DNA from: Lingula anatina
Taxonomy: Eukaryota; Animalia; Brachiopoda
DNA: 64,000 nucleotides
Reading direction: 5' to 3'
NCBI GenBank assembly: GCA_051362555.1
Contig: CM120647.1
Coordinates: 8,494,001 to 8,558,000 of the forward strand
The notes under the pieces are model-generated. The model searched no databases, was not told the DNA's origin, and was given only the letters and a program-made list of their open reading frames with translations. Of this stretch, positions 25,004-38,390 are shown in pieces; the stretch's first letter is position 1, and every line of letters starts with the position of its first letter. The translations under genes were made by a program, and so were the position numbers.

Positions 25004-26388
25004 ATGCATTTAAAGAGGCATTTACTCGAGACATGCATAATAGTCTTAATAACTGTGTTCATAATGTTGGGATTTTACGTCAAAACAATCGCCCACAGTC
25101 GTGGACCTTCCTCCGCCTTTGAAATGAATGAAAGCAGTGCGGATACCGAGGTACTTCAAGATCTTTTCTCGGGAGAACTGGACGCACTGGATCCCAGGCT
25201 GCTACAGTTTGTGAGGCATAGGCTGCTCTATAAACCTACTAGGAGGCCCCTGAAGCTTAGGAAACCCGATAAAATCCATTATTCCCAAAACGGCCAAAGT
25301 CCTCTGGTTGATAAATTTCTTCGCCAACGACGAAACGGTTTCTTTGTGGAGGCAGGTGCATGGGATGGGGAGGAGAACAGCAACTCTTTATTTTTTGAAA
25401 AATCTCGCAACTGGACGGGAATGCTGATAGAACCCGACCCCCTAAACTTTGAACAACTTGTCATGAAAAACAGGTAGGCCTACTGCCTATGGTTGCACAG
25501 GTAAACTATTACTATTTTCTATTATTGCACATGTATATAAATTCCTCGGTAAGTGAGCTTGTCTCGGAATGTTATTCCTCGCAGATAAATTTTAAAATAG
25601 GGAACTTTTTTACGCCATGCCTTTTAACTAGTGATAACAGGTTTAATAACAGTAAGGGATGGCTTGGTTACCATAATATCTGACTCAACTTTCTTCCAAG
25701 CCAAATCCCACGACAGCTCGCTTTTTAACCGTAATTTATTCGACTGGGATAAACTGTACCTGACCGTGCCCTTAGAGTTTTAGTTAAACATGTGTATCAG
25801 TGTCCGGTGTTTCTTTTCTCTAAAAAATGCAAGGCTTTGACAACCTGAATTCCACAAACTTCTAAAAGACCAAAAATTAAGTCGAACTCATACCGAGGTA
25901 GAGGCAAATCTATGACTGAAGACTGAACCGTCAGTATATACTTTGTCTTTCAAGATGCGTATGCCAATCATTTCAGGAAGGCAATCGTGATCCAGACTTG
26001 CCTCACGGGTAAACCCATGTGGCTGGATTTCACGTTGTCCAGAAGCCCAGATAGTGGGGCGATCAACCCAATAGATAACAGAATAACTGTTACAGGAAAG
26101 AGCAGGATACTTTGCCTACCGATCCAGACGCTTTTAAGCACCATTGGTCGGAAACACGTGGATTTCTTTTCCCTCGACATAGAAGGAGCAGAGCTGGAGG
26201 TTCTCCAAGCTTTCCCGTGGGATAAAATAACGGTCGATATGTGGACGGTAGAAGTTCATGAACTCACAAAGAACTACCGTCAGGCTTTAAAAGATATCAG
26301 AGGGGTATTTCAGCGAACAGGAATGTATAAAGAAGTTCAACCTCTTGGACTAGATCTACTTTTTGTAAGACAAGACATACTCCTATAA
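25004..26388 (+). CDS. Type II membrane FkbM-family (Methyltransf_21, Star-like) methyltransferase, copy 2, 293 aa
   Basis: Exons 25004-25473 and 25977-26388 join as KNR|KAIVIQTCL. It has an N-terminal signal anchor (CIIVLITVFIMLGFYV) and the motifs YSQNGQ, GFFVEAGAWDGEENSNSLFFE..NWTGMLIEP and VDFFSLDIEGAELEVL. Confidence 0.88.
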
Positions 26389-28450
26389 ACATGAGACGTA
26401 TTTGTTTTGGATAATCAACTGCCCTAAAAAGATTGCATTTTACCATTATAGGATTTTAAGTTAACAACCTAACTCGAAAGTAATTGGCGACTTTTAATAA
26501 AATCTCCAGGGTTGATGTGGAGATAGCAAAACTTATAATAACTTAGATTTTGGTGATGGTCTATTGATTAATTAATGTCATTGGCAATTGAGTTGTCTTG
26601 GGGGAAGTCAACACTCTTTGTGTTATGCTCTAGTTATTTTTGGTTTTAAACAAAAGGTTTAGAAATCTATATTACAATGAAGGGTCTTCAACTCTCAAAA
26701 TTTTGATACATGTAATACCCCCGTCACACTTATTCGGAATCAGCAGGAATGAAGAAGAATGACCCTGAATGAAGAATTTTTAAAATTCGCACCACATTCG
26801 GGGAAAAATTCAAATTGACCTTAATTATTGTAAGAGTACCGTTGGAATACTCAGAATGCGCTTGAATTCGCCTGGAATGATGAGTGCACTTTCGACTTTA
26901 TTAGCTCTCAAAAGCAGTTCGAATGTAGTTGGAAAACTAGGAATATTTATAATGCTGTAAGAAGGCAGTAAGAATATTTAGAATATACTTTGAACGGAGC
27001 ACTAGTGTAGTTCGATTGCTGGCAACATTAATATTTCAGTTCATCCGAGGCACATTCGAAACATTCTGGCGGGATATAAAATTCCCGTCACACTAGAGGC
27101 AAAATAGCGTGAACCCCGACAGCAACATAGCGTGAACCCCCAGGGAGTTAGGTCGATCCAGATGGATCGATCTAAATCTGTGGGAATGCAGCCTTATTCG
27201 TCAATGATGCCCAATGAAATCTGTCTGGGAGAATTATGAATTGATGGTTCATACGTTTATCATACCGGTACCAGCATAAATAATGTATATATGTATACAT
27301 ATTGAACAAATAGTACCGGCAAATACGGGGATGACAAAAGCATTGCAACACGTGGATTTCAGAGCAAAATATGACTTTCCTTCATTTTTGTGCTGTGACA
27401 TATTCTTTGGTTCCAAACCACCCAAACGAGCATTCTTGCCTATACTTTGATTTTGGACCCATTTTGTCAAGAAGAACTGGAGCCATGAAAATATACGGAT
27501 TTTGGAAACTTATTTCTAAAGCATAAAACTATTACATGAATTGTTAAAACAGTTTCAATTTGACCATAACTGAAGCTTTTGTAATAGTTTCAAATGTTCA
27601 ATCAAATATTTGATGTCCATTTCGCAGCCTCTATGCAAAACATTTCTGACTTTTAAAAATGTCTAATTTTCTATATCTGCTACAAACAATTGGCAATTCA
27701 AAGCAAGAGTAAAAAAATTGACGGTTGGTTGCCAACAAAGGGATATTATTCACTGATTTCAAATAACAAAGAATTTTTACAGACAGGTCCAATCTCCACA
27801 CCATATAAATGATTTAGTACTTATCGCGTCATATCAGTTGTTTAAAGTTATGTAGTTTGTATAATGACTTGAGGGGCATGTACATTCTCGACATCCTTTC
27901 AATGATACTAATGATGGAATTTCCCTCTCAGGGTTTTGATTTTATTAACAGAATTGCAGCTTACATATATCCCCCAAATAAGCTAGAAAGTGCATTTCCA
28001 AAAGGGTGAAAATGTATTTGTATCAACTTTTATGTTGTCTTGGCTTGTAGGCCTTTACAGTAAGACTGAAGAAGCGATCTTTTACTTTTGTCAAGCCCTG
28101 TAGAAGATTTTTTGTGTGAGCTATATAGTGTGACATAAAGATTATCCACAATGTTACACGTGAATTTAGAAACTGCGTTGTAACTTTTCGCCTGACAGCG
28201 TGTACACAAGGCCCAGCTGTAAGTATTATTAAATTTGTTATCTGTTACAGTCCAGTTTCTATATGAAAGAATGAAAACTGACATTCACGCTGAACACTTA
28301 CATAAACATATCGATGGTTGGAGTTTCTGTTCCTAATGGTGAGTTTTTACGTTAATGACATCTCCCACAAAGGTGGATCTTCCTCCATATTTGAAGTGAG
28401 GGCAAGCGGCAGTACGAGCTCCGAGGTTCTTCAAGATCTTTTCTCATAAT

Positions 28451-28481
<31 letters not shown>

Positions 28482-28533
28482 CATTTATTTAATTATTATT
28501 TTATTATTATTATTATTATTATTTTTGTAGAAA

Positions 28534-29918
28534 ATGCATTTAAAGAGGCATTTACTCCAGACATGCATAATAGTCTTAATAACTGTATTCATAATGTTGG
28601 GATTTTACGTCAAAACAATCGCCCACAGTGGTGGACCTTCCTCCGCCTTTGAAATGAATGAAAGCAGTGCGGATACCGAGGTACTTCAAGATCTTTTCTC
28701 GGGAGAACTGGACGCACTGGATCCCAGGCTGCTACAGTTTGTGAGGCATAGGCTGCTCTATAAACCTACTAAGAGGCCCCTGAAGCTTAGGAAACCCGAT
28801 AAAATCCATTATTCCCAAAACGGCCAAAGTCCTCTGGTTGATAAATTTCTTCGCCAACGACGAAACAGTTTCTTTGTGGAGGCAGGTGCATGGGATGGGG
28901 GGGAGAACAGCGACTCTTTATTTTTTAAAAAATCTCGCAACTGGACGGGAATGCTGATAGAACCCGACTCCCTAAACTTTGAACAACTTGTCATGAAAAA
29001 CAGGTAGGCCTACTGCCTATGGTTGCACAGGTAAACTATTACTATTTTCTATTATTGCACATGTATATAAATTCCTCGGTAAGTGAGCTTGTCTCCGAAT
29101 GTTATTCCTTGCAGATAAATTTTACAATAGGGAATTTTTTTACGCCATGCCTTTTAACTAGTGATAACAGGTTTAATAACAGTAAGGGATTGCTTGGTTA
29201 CCATAATATCTGACTTAACTTTCTTCCAAGCCAAATCCCAGGACAGCTCGCTTTTTAACCGTAATTTATTCGACTGGGATAAACTGTACCTGACCGTGCC
29301 CTTAGAGTTTTAGTTAAACATGTGTATCAGTGTCCGGTGTTTCTTTTCTCTAAAATATGCAAGGCTTTGACAACCTGAATTCCACAAACTTCTAAAAGAC
29401 CAAAAATTAAGTCGAACTCATACCGAGGTAGAGGCAAATCTATGACTGAAGACTGAACCGTCAGTATATACTTTGTCTTTCAAGATGCGTATGCCAATCA
29501 TTTCAGGAAGGCAATCGTGATCCAGACTTGCCTCACGGGTAAACCCATGTGGCTGGATTTCACGTTGTCCAGAAGCCCAGATAGTGGGGCGATCAACCCA
29601 ATAGATAACAGAATAAATGTTACAGGAAAGAGCAGGATACTTTGCCTACCGATCCAGACGCTTTTAAGCACCATTGGTCGGAAACACGTGGATTTCTTTT
29701 CCCTCGACATAGAAGGAGCAGAGCTGGATGTTCTCCAAGCTTTCCCGTGGGATAAAATAACGGTCGATATGTGGACGGTAGAAGTTCATGAACTCACAAA
29801 GAACTACCGTCAGGCTTTAAAAGATATCAGAGGGGTATTTCAGCGAACAGGAATGTATAAAGAAGTTCAACCTCTTGGACTAGATCTACTTTTTGTAAGA
29901 CAAGACATACTCCTATAA
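28534..29918 (+). CDS. FkbM-family Star-like methyltransferase, copy 3 (motif substitutions)
   Basis: Exons 28534-29003 and 29507-29918 give an open frame, but the motif region reads RNSFFVEAGAWDGGENSDSLFFKK...EPDSL. Confidence 0.8.
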
Positions 29919-30179
29919 ACATGAGACGTATTTGTTTTGGATAATCAACTGCCCTAAAAAGATTGCATTTTACCATTATAGGATTTTAAGTTAACAACCT
30001 AACTCGAAAGTAATTGGCGACTTTTAATAAAATCTCCAGGGTTGATGTGGAGATAGCAAAACTTATAATAACTTAGATTTTGGTGATGGTCTATTGATTA
30101 ATTAATGTCATTGGCAATTGAGTTGTCTTGGGGGAAGTCAACACTCTTTGTGTTATGCTCTAGTTATTTTTGGTTTTAA

Positions 30180-31314
30180 AGGACAATGTTCATGTAAAAA
30201 TCCATTTCTCGAATTTTGAAGATTCAGCACTCAATCTATACACTAGAGGTATGTTTTAATCGATCCCCGCCATTTAAAAATTATAAAAACAATCTATTAA
30301 TAGTAAAAAAGCGTTTTAGTAAACCTCACCTCAATATGCATAAATGAAGCAACAGATCTGGGTCACGTGGTACTGTGACGACAATCACGATAAAGGTCTA
30401 TGAGACTCAACTGAGCTGCATGTGCAAACAGACAGAATGATTTTGGAAAGTTGTGTTGAACGGAGTTGAGCAATTTTCTTTATGCCTCAGTGTGTTGCCG
30501 TGGGATTCACAAAAATTGCAGCACTCCTTGACTATCTTTCTTTATCTGTGACGGTCTTCCGTGACTAACTTGCTAACTTTGGTGACAATAGTTGCGATCC
30601 TCGCGATCTCGGTCACCTCAGGTGTTTTAGATCATATCAAAAGCTGATAGTCTTTTAGATACTGTCATCAGTTGGCAAGCTTACTAATTGCTGATGCATT
30701 TTTAAATTCATTGTAGTTGACCAAGAGCTCGTTAACAATAAAACCTGTTAATTATGCACCGCTGCAATTCCCAAGCCAGGTAATAACAGGTATGAAACTC
30801 GTCTTGGTGGGCTTTCATATTTTTCAATATATCTCATTTATTTCATGGGGTTATTTTATTGGTATTTGTAAATGACGTTAAATATCAATACTTAAACAAT
30901 TAAGAGAGAACAGTTTCATTAGCTCTGTATGTATATATTCAAATTCTTGTTTTTCTTTTTATCAAGAGCTTGTAAAATATGTGGGTATTACATGTACCTC
31001 CAATATATAAAAAGAAAAACAAGACTTTGAATTAAACAATTAAGTTCTAACACGGTCGCGAACATTAATAAAAGAAATTGCTCTCAGGGTATCTTGAAGC
31101 TTCCGTGGAAGAAAACGTGTTGAGGAAAAACAGGAAAAAGAGCGTTATATTAAAGAAAAAATGGGAACTGCTGTAATAAAATGGTTCGTTATCCTAATTC
31201 GTTTATGCATTGAGGATTTGTTTCTGAAGATTATTTCATCTGAAATATTAAATAATTTAAAAGATTTATCATTTTATATCTTGAAACGCAAATTCTGCGT
31301 CAGTACGCAATTTT

Positions 31315-31365
<51 letters not shown>

Positions 31366-32264
31366 AAATTTGTAAGCTTATAACACCGTGCTATAAAGAT
31401 CTACTCAAGAAAAAAATTTGCTTGGGTAAAATTGAGTACGGAATGAACTGGAGACACTTGGCTTGTCATTAAGTTTACACGAAAATATGTCAGGTAACTT
31501 TATACTGTCTTTGAAAGAGTAAAGATCGAAAGATATCTAGTACCCCCAGGTCTACGGGAGCTGCTCTTTGTAACTAACGCACAGGTAGATTTTTACCTGA
31601 GATAACTGGAGTAAAGCTTAGATAGAGAGTGCGTTCGATACAAGCAAGACATTTAACCCTCTAATTAAGAGGTAAAGGAAGTTCCAGTTAGATGGATGAT
31701 TAAGATAGGACTTGTAAAGGTAACGGGCATTGTTTACCTCAGTTTAATAAAAGTATGCAAGACGGAGTGTCAGCGGTTTAATAAAATAAATTGAATTTCA
31801 CAAATAACATGGACCTCACATGCAATAATCAACATTTCCCTTAACTCATTCAAATGCAGTGTTTTATACAACTTGGGCTAACCATGATTAAATGCTTGTT
31901 AAAGAATTGACTAGACGGGAAATGGTTTTACACAGCTTCACGAGGATTTAGACCCCTCGGGTAAGAGATTTGAATGAGTATAAACTTTTATCAGAAGCCA
32001 GAGAAGTCATCTTACAGGTAGACAATGCAGCTCAGTTTAACAGCTAAGCACGCTCTATTCTCCAGTGGCTCGATTGTCGTCATCAGACCACGTGACAACG
32101 TATCTCATTAACTCTCAGGCCGAGCAAATAGGACGTTTTTTAAAGCCAAAAATTTACAAAATGAGCTTTTAATTTGTGTATTTGGATAAAGATATCGTTA
32201 GTTGGGCATGTTTTCTGAAGAATATGTTCCGTTCAGGCCATTCTGACGGCATGAAGCAAACCCT
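30180..32264. mobile_element. Non-autonomous Kolobok-like DNA transposon, TTAA TSD
   Basis: Present only in repeat unit 3; the other units have the empty site GGTTTTAAACAAAAGG. TTAA is duplicated at 30176-30179 and 32265-32268. It has AG...CT termini, imperfect TIRs and inverted subterminal GTCACGTGG...TGACGACAATC motifs (about 30362 and 32071). No long ORF. Confidence 0.8.
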
Positions 32265-34132
32265 TTAAACAAAAGGTTTAGAAATCTATATTACAATGAA
32301 GGGTCTTCAACTCTCAAAATTTTGATACATGTAATACCCCCGTCACACTTATTCGGAATCAGCAGGAATGAAGAAGAATGACCCTGAATGAAGAATTTTT
32401 AAAATTCGCACCACATTCGGGGAAAAATTCAAATTGACCTTAATTATTGTAAGAGTACCGTTGGAATACTCAGAATGCGCTTGAATTCGCCTGGAATGAT
32501 GAGTGCACTTTCGACTTTATTAGCTCTCAAAAGCAGTTCGAATGTAGTTGGAAAACTAGGAATATTTATAATGCTGTAAGAAGGCAGTAAGAATATTTAG
32601 AATATACTTTGAACGGAGCACTAGTGTAGTTCGATTGCTGGCAACATTAATATTTCAGTTCATCCGAGGCACATTCGAAACATTCTGGCGGGATATAAAA
32701 TTCCCGTCACACTAGAGGCAAAATAGCGTGAACCCTGACAGCAACATAGCGTGAACCCCCAGGGAGTTAGGTCGATCCAGATGGATCGATCTAAATCTGT
32801 GGGAATGCAGCCTTATTCGTCAATGATGCCCAATGAAATCTGTCTGGGAGAATTATGAATTGATGGTTCATACGTTTATCATACCGGTACCAACATAAAT
32901 AATGTATATATGTATACATATTGAACAAATAGTACCGGCAAATACGGGGATGACAAAAGCATTGCAACACGTGGATTTCAGAGCAAAATATGACTTTCCT
33001 TCATTTTTGTGCTGTGACATATTCTTTGGTTCCAAACCACCCAAACGAGCATTCTTGCCTATACTTTGATTTTAGACCCATTTTGTCAAGAAGAACTGGA
33101 GCCATGAAAATATACGGATTTTGGAAACTTATTTCCAAACCATAAAACTATTACATGAATTGTTAAAACAGTTTCAATTTGACCATAACTGAAGCTTTTG
33201 TAATAGTTTCAAATGTTCAATCAAATATTTGATGTCCATTTCGCAGCCTCTATGCAAAACATTTCTGACTTTTAAAAATGTCTAATTTTCTATATCTGCT
33301 ACAAACAATTGGCAATTCAAAGCAAGAGTAAAAAAATTGACGGTTGGTTGCCAACAAAGGGATATTATTCATTGATTTCAAATAACAAAGAATTTTTACA
33401 GACAGGTCCAATCTCCACACCATATAAATGATTTAGTACTTATCGCGTCATATCAGTTGTTTAAAGTTATGTAGTTTGTATAATGACTTGAGGGGCATGT
33501 ACATTCTCGACATCCTTTCAATGATACTAATGACGGAATTTCCCTCTCAGGGTTTTGATTTTATTAACAGAATTGCAGCTTACATATATCCCCCAAATAA
33601 GCTAGAAAGTGCATTTCCAAAAGGGTGAAAATGTATTTGTATCAACTTTTATGTTGTCTTGGCTTGTAGGCCTTTACAGTAAGACTGAAGAAGCGATCTT
33701 TTACTTTTGTCAAGCCCTGTAGAAGATTTTTTGTGTGAGCTATATAGTGTGACATAAAGATTATCCACAATGTTACACGTGAATTTAGAAACTGCGTTGT
33801 AACTTTTTCGCCTGACAGCGTGTACACAAGGCCCAGCTGTAAGTATTATTAAATTTGTTATCTGTTACAGTCCAGTTTCTATATGAAAGAATGAAAACTG
33901 ACATTCACGCTGAACACTTACATAAACATATCGATGGTTGGAGTTTCTGTTCCTAATGGTGGGTTTTTACGTTAATGACATCGCCCACAAAGGTGGATCT
34001 TTCTCCATATTTGAAGTGAAGGCAAGCGGCAGTACGAGCTCCGAGGTTCTTCAAGATCTTTTCTCATAATAATTATTTATTTATTTATTTATTATCTTAT
34101 TAATTATTATTATTTTTTTATTTTTGTAGAAA

Positions 34133-35517
34133 ATGCATTTAAAGAGGCATTTACTCCAGACATGCATAATAGTCTTAATAACTGTGTTCATAATGTTGGG
34201 ATTTTACGTCAAAACAATCGCCCACAGTCGTGGACCTTCCTCCGCCTTTGAAATGAATGAAAGCAGTGCGGATACCGAGGTACTTCAAGATCTTTTCTCG
34301 GGAGAACTGGACGCACTGGATCCCAGGCTGCTACAGTTTGTGAGGCATAGGCTGCTCTATAAACCTACTAGGAGGCCCCTGAAGCTTAGGAAACCCGATA
34401 AAATCCATTATTCCCAAAACGGCCAAAGTCCTCTGGTTGATAAATTTCTTCGCCAACGACGAAACGGTTTCTTTGTGGAGGCAGGTGCATGGGATGGGGA
34501 GGAGAACAGCAACTCTTTATTTTTTGAAAAATCTCGCAACTGGACGGGAATGCTGATAGAACCCGATCCCCTAAACTTTGAACAACTTGTCATGAAAAAC
34601 AGGTAGGCCTACTGCCTATGGTTGCACAGGTAAACTATTACTATTTTCTATCATTGCACATGTATATAAATTCCTCGGTAAGTGAGCTTGTCTCGGAATG
34701 TTATTCCTTGCAGATAAATTTTAAAATAGGGAACTTTTTTACGCCATGCCTTTTAACTAGTGATAACAGGTTTAATAACAGTAAGGGATTGCTTGGTTAC
34801 CATAATATCTGACTTAACTTTCTTCCAAGCCAAATCCCAGGACAGCTCGCTTTTTAACCGTAATTTATTCGACTGGGATAAACTGTACCTGACCGTGCCC
34901 TTAGAGTTTTAGTTAAACATGTGTATCAGTGTCCGGTGTTTCTTTTCTCTAAAATATGCAAGGCTTTGACAACCTGAATTCCACAAACTTCTAAAAGACC
35001 AAAAATTAAGTCGAACTCATACCGGGGTAGAGGTAAATCTATGACTGAAGACTGAACCGTCAGTATATACTTTGTCTTTCAAGATGCATATGCCAATCAT
35101 TTCAGGAAGGCAATCGTGATCCAGACTTGCCTCACGGGTAAACCCATGTGGCTGGATTTCACGTTGTCCAGAAGCCCAGATAGTGGGGCGATCAACCCAA
35201 TAGATAACAGAATAAATGTTACAGGAAAGAGCAGGATACTTTGCCTACCGATCCAGACGCTTTTAAGCACCATTGGTCGGAAACACGTGGATTTCTTTTC
35301 CCTCGACATAGAGGGAGCAGAGCTGGAGGTTCTCCAAGCTTTCCCGTGGGATAAAATAACGGTCGATATGTGGACGGTAGAAGTTCATGAACTCACAAAG
35401 AACTACCGTCAGGCTTTAAAAGATATTAGAGGGGTATTTCAGCGAACAGGAATGTATAAAGAAGTTCAACCACTTGGACTAGATCTACTTTTTGTAAGAC
35501 AAGACATACCCCTATAA
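34133..35517 (+). CDS. FkbM-family Star-like methyltransferase, copy 4, 293 aa
   Basis: Exons 34133-34602 and 35106-35517, with intact motifs and splice sites. Confidence 0.88.
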
Positions 35518-35844
35518 ACATGAGACGTATTTGTTTTGGATAATCAACTGCCCTAAGAAGATTGCATTTTACCATTATAGGATTTTAAGTTAACAACCTA
35601 ACTCGAAAGTAATTGGCGACTTTTAATAAAATCTCCTGGGTTGATGTGGAGATAGCAAAACTAATAATAACTTAGATTTTGGTGATGGTCTATTGATTTA
35701 TTAATGTCGTTGGTAATTGAGTTGTCTTGGGGGAAGTCAACACTCTTTGTGTTATGCTCTAGTTATTTTTGGTTTTAAACAAAAGGTTTAGAAATCTATA
35801 TTACAATGAAATGGGTCTTCAACTATCAAAATTTTGATACATGT

Positions 35845-36300
35845 AATACCCCCGTCACACTTATTCGGAATCAGCAGGAATGAAGAAGAATGACCCTGAA
35901 CGAAGAATTTTTAAAATTCGCACCACATTCGGGGAAAAATTCAAATTGACCTTAATTATTGTAAGAGTACCGTTGGAATACTCAGAATGCGCTTGAATTC
36001 GCCTGGAATGATGAGTGCACTTTCGACTTTATTAGCTCTCAAAAGCAGTTCGAATGTAGTTGGAAAACTAGGAATATTTATAATGCTGTAAGAAGGCAGT
36101 AAGAATATTTAGAATATACTTTGAACGGAGCACTAGTGTAGTTCGATTGCTGGCAACATTAATATTTCAGCTCATCCGAGGCACATTCGAAACATTCTGG
36201 CGGGATATAAAATTCCCGTCACACTAGAGGCAAAATGATTAAGAATGACGTCTGGAATACAATTCTTTGTGCATTCCTGGATATTCGAAAAAGTCACGTT
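35845..36300 (+). repeat. DNA-transposon-like repeat fragment starting ATACCCCCGTCACAC
   Basis: Rich in GAAT sub-repeats. Shorter copies end at the duplication junctions (about 26714-27105 and 32334-32724). No matching right TIR is seen. Confidence 0.4.
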
Positions 36301-36667
36301 GTAATAACCAGTCGGTGGTTATACACCTTTTTACAGTTAGGCTACTCTTTCACCAGTAATTTAAGACAACTGAGACAGGCTCTCTCTATGTCACTGCTTT
36401 TATACAAGAACTTAATTTACATTTTAAATTAACTTCTATGACTGACATGCAACATGCCATGCCTTAAGACCTTAAAACTTAATTGTGGATACAATTTGCA
36501 TAAACGAATATGTAAATCACATATATGGAAATTAGCTATCAGTGCTATTAATAGTTCACCACATGCGAACTGTCATGCTTAGATCCATCTGAATATATAA
36601 ATTAATTGAACGAATATGTAAATCACATTTATTCAAATTTATACTATCAGAACTAATTAACGGTTCA

Positions 36668-38390
36668 CTACAACGTAGCTCCGTCTTCTTTGTTCGGGTG
36701 CACGTCTGCTTCAACCTCATTCACCATGGAATGGCTGCTCACACTTGAAACCATGTCACTGTTTTTGAAATCACCCACGTCAACCACATCTATTTCTCTT
36801 TCCCCTCGTCCATTTACACCGAGATCTGGACAACGGACTGAAGTAACTTGTGAATCATGGTCATTTTGAGCAGGAGGCTGAACCCCCATGCTTTCAAGAG
36901 AGATGGATGGCAGAGAAACAATACTAGTGGACATGTCATTTTGGGAGATGACGGACCGACTGCCCTCTTTTCGCAAAGCGACGTTCCCCAGAGCTGATGG
37001 AGCTTTGTTTCCCAGGGTACCATTACCAGATGACGTCATGGACGTAGCATCACGTGACCTGCTTAGCTCAACGTCACGTGCCAAGACAGACTGAGACCGA
37101 CTAGGTGATTCAATGTGTGTGGTGTGAACGCCAGAGCTGGAAATGCTGTGACTCACACCTTCCACGCTGCCCACGCTCTCTGATACACCCTCGCGTGTTC
37201 TCGTCCAGGTCTTGCGCAGGCTGGTCCACAAGGTCGCACAGCGTCTTTTTGCTAAAGAAACCACTGCATACAACTCGTGTCGGTATTTAGGCGAGCTGAA
37301 GCAGTACAGCCAGAAATTAATTGAGTGGTTGATATAAAAGAGAAGAATGGATACCGTAAACACCCACTGACGGGCGACGCTTTGTGTCGTGCCCCACAAA
37401 TTGATTGTACCCGTGTTGAGAAGATTAATTGGCCCCACAAGAATGACGTAAGCAAACGTCACAGCGAGGAGCATCCGCGTGACTTGCCTCTGGCTTTTCT
37501 CTCGCGAATCAAGAATGGGCGTTTTGTGGTTCGCCGTACGGTGTTGCCCAGTATCCTTTCCGTCATCTGGCGCAGATTGACTTCGTATTCTTTCAGTCGC
37601 CTTCCTTGTCTCGTGGATTTTGAGGAAGTTTATAACCAGAAGTGACGTCAGAGGTATGATCCAATACAACGTTAACGAAAGCCACTTGTGGATGTAAGCA
37701 TAGTACGAAAGTGTACCGGGACTTCCGACCGGTCTGGCCTCGTAGACGAGAAAGTTCCAACATATTGTGGTATTGCACTCCGGTACATTTTCGTAAAGTA
37801 GATCGGTAAAGAGCACGGGCGAATTGATAACTAATACGAACACGGCGACACCGATAATTATCCATCTGGTTCTCTTCATGGTGCAAAGTGTGCTCGCCTT
37901 GATGGGGAACCTCACTTTCACAAATCTTTCCGCGCTCATTATGGTTAAAATCAGTCCGGTGTGCTCTGGTGCGGAGTAGAACACGAAAAAGGCTATTTTA
38001 CACAGAGCTGGATTGGGAGATATAACGTCAACTTTTAGGTCATACTCCAACAAAAACACAAAACCGTCCAAGAGTAGCATCGAGTCTGATATAGCTACAG
38101 AGATCATGAAGTTGCAAGTTGTAGTGTGACGCAGTGATTCTCGGCAGAACACAGCAATTGAGAGAAGATTGAAGAAGATTCCTAATGAATAAATCAAACA
38201 TCGAGAGATTCTTCTAGTTATAACCACGCCAGGGTTTTCTCCGGCCGCTAAGTACCGCGGCACAGTGCAATTAGTGATAGAATCCGCCGTGATGTCACTT
38301 TTATTATACGTATGATATCCGGAACGCGACCCTACAATATTTGTCGGTCCCAGAACCTCTTGCGGCTTATTGGGTAACTCATACACAGCC
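36668..38390 (-). CDS. Class A (rhodopsin-like, peptide-receptor-like) GPCR paralog without its own N-terminus; terminal exon of a putative RPN2-GPCR chimera
   Basis: 572-aa ORF with 7 TM helices, MSAERF (DRY equivalent) and YINHSINFWLY in TM7, paralogous to 53862-55874. The first 15 nt (38376-38390) and the CAG acceptor come from RPN2 exon 10. Confidence 0.8.

Larger units (their letters stand above)
23610..36236 (+). repeat. Three-unit tandem segmental duplication (~3.5-kb unit) carrying FkbM-like genes
   Basis: Units 23610-27105, 27118-32724 (with a 2.1-kb insertion) and 32736-36236 are nearly identical, including introns and intergenic DNA. Confidence 0.92.

Noticed and set aside
25004-26388. 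Bacterial contamination or recent horizontal transfer of FkbM genes
   Set aside because: The genes have a spliceosomal intron and a signal anchor and sit among animal genes and repeats. Star-like FkbM proteins are known in invertebrates.
36814-37886. Overlapping and antisense ORFs inside the GPCR genes (also 50720-51121 and 54368-55137)
   Set aside because: Shadow frames of GC-richer coding DNA; the 7TM frame explains the sequence.
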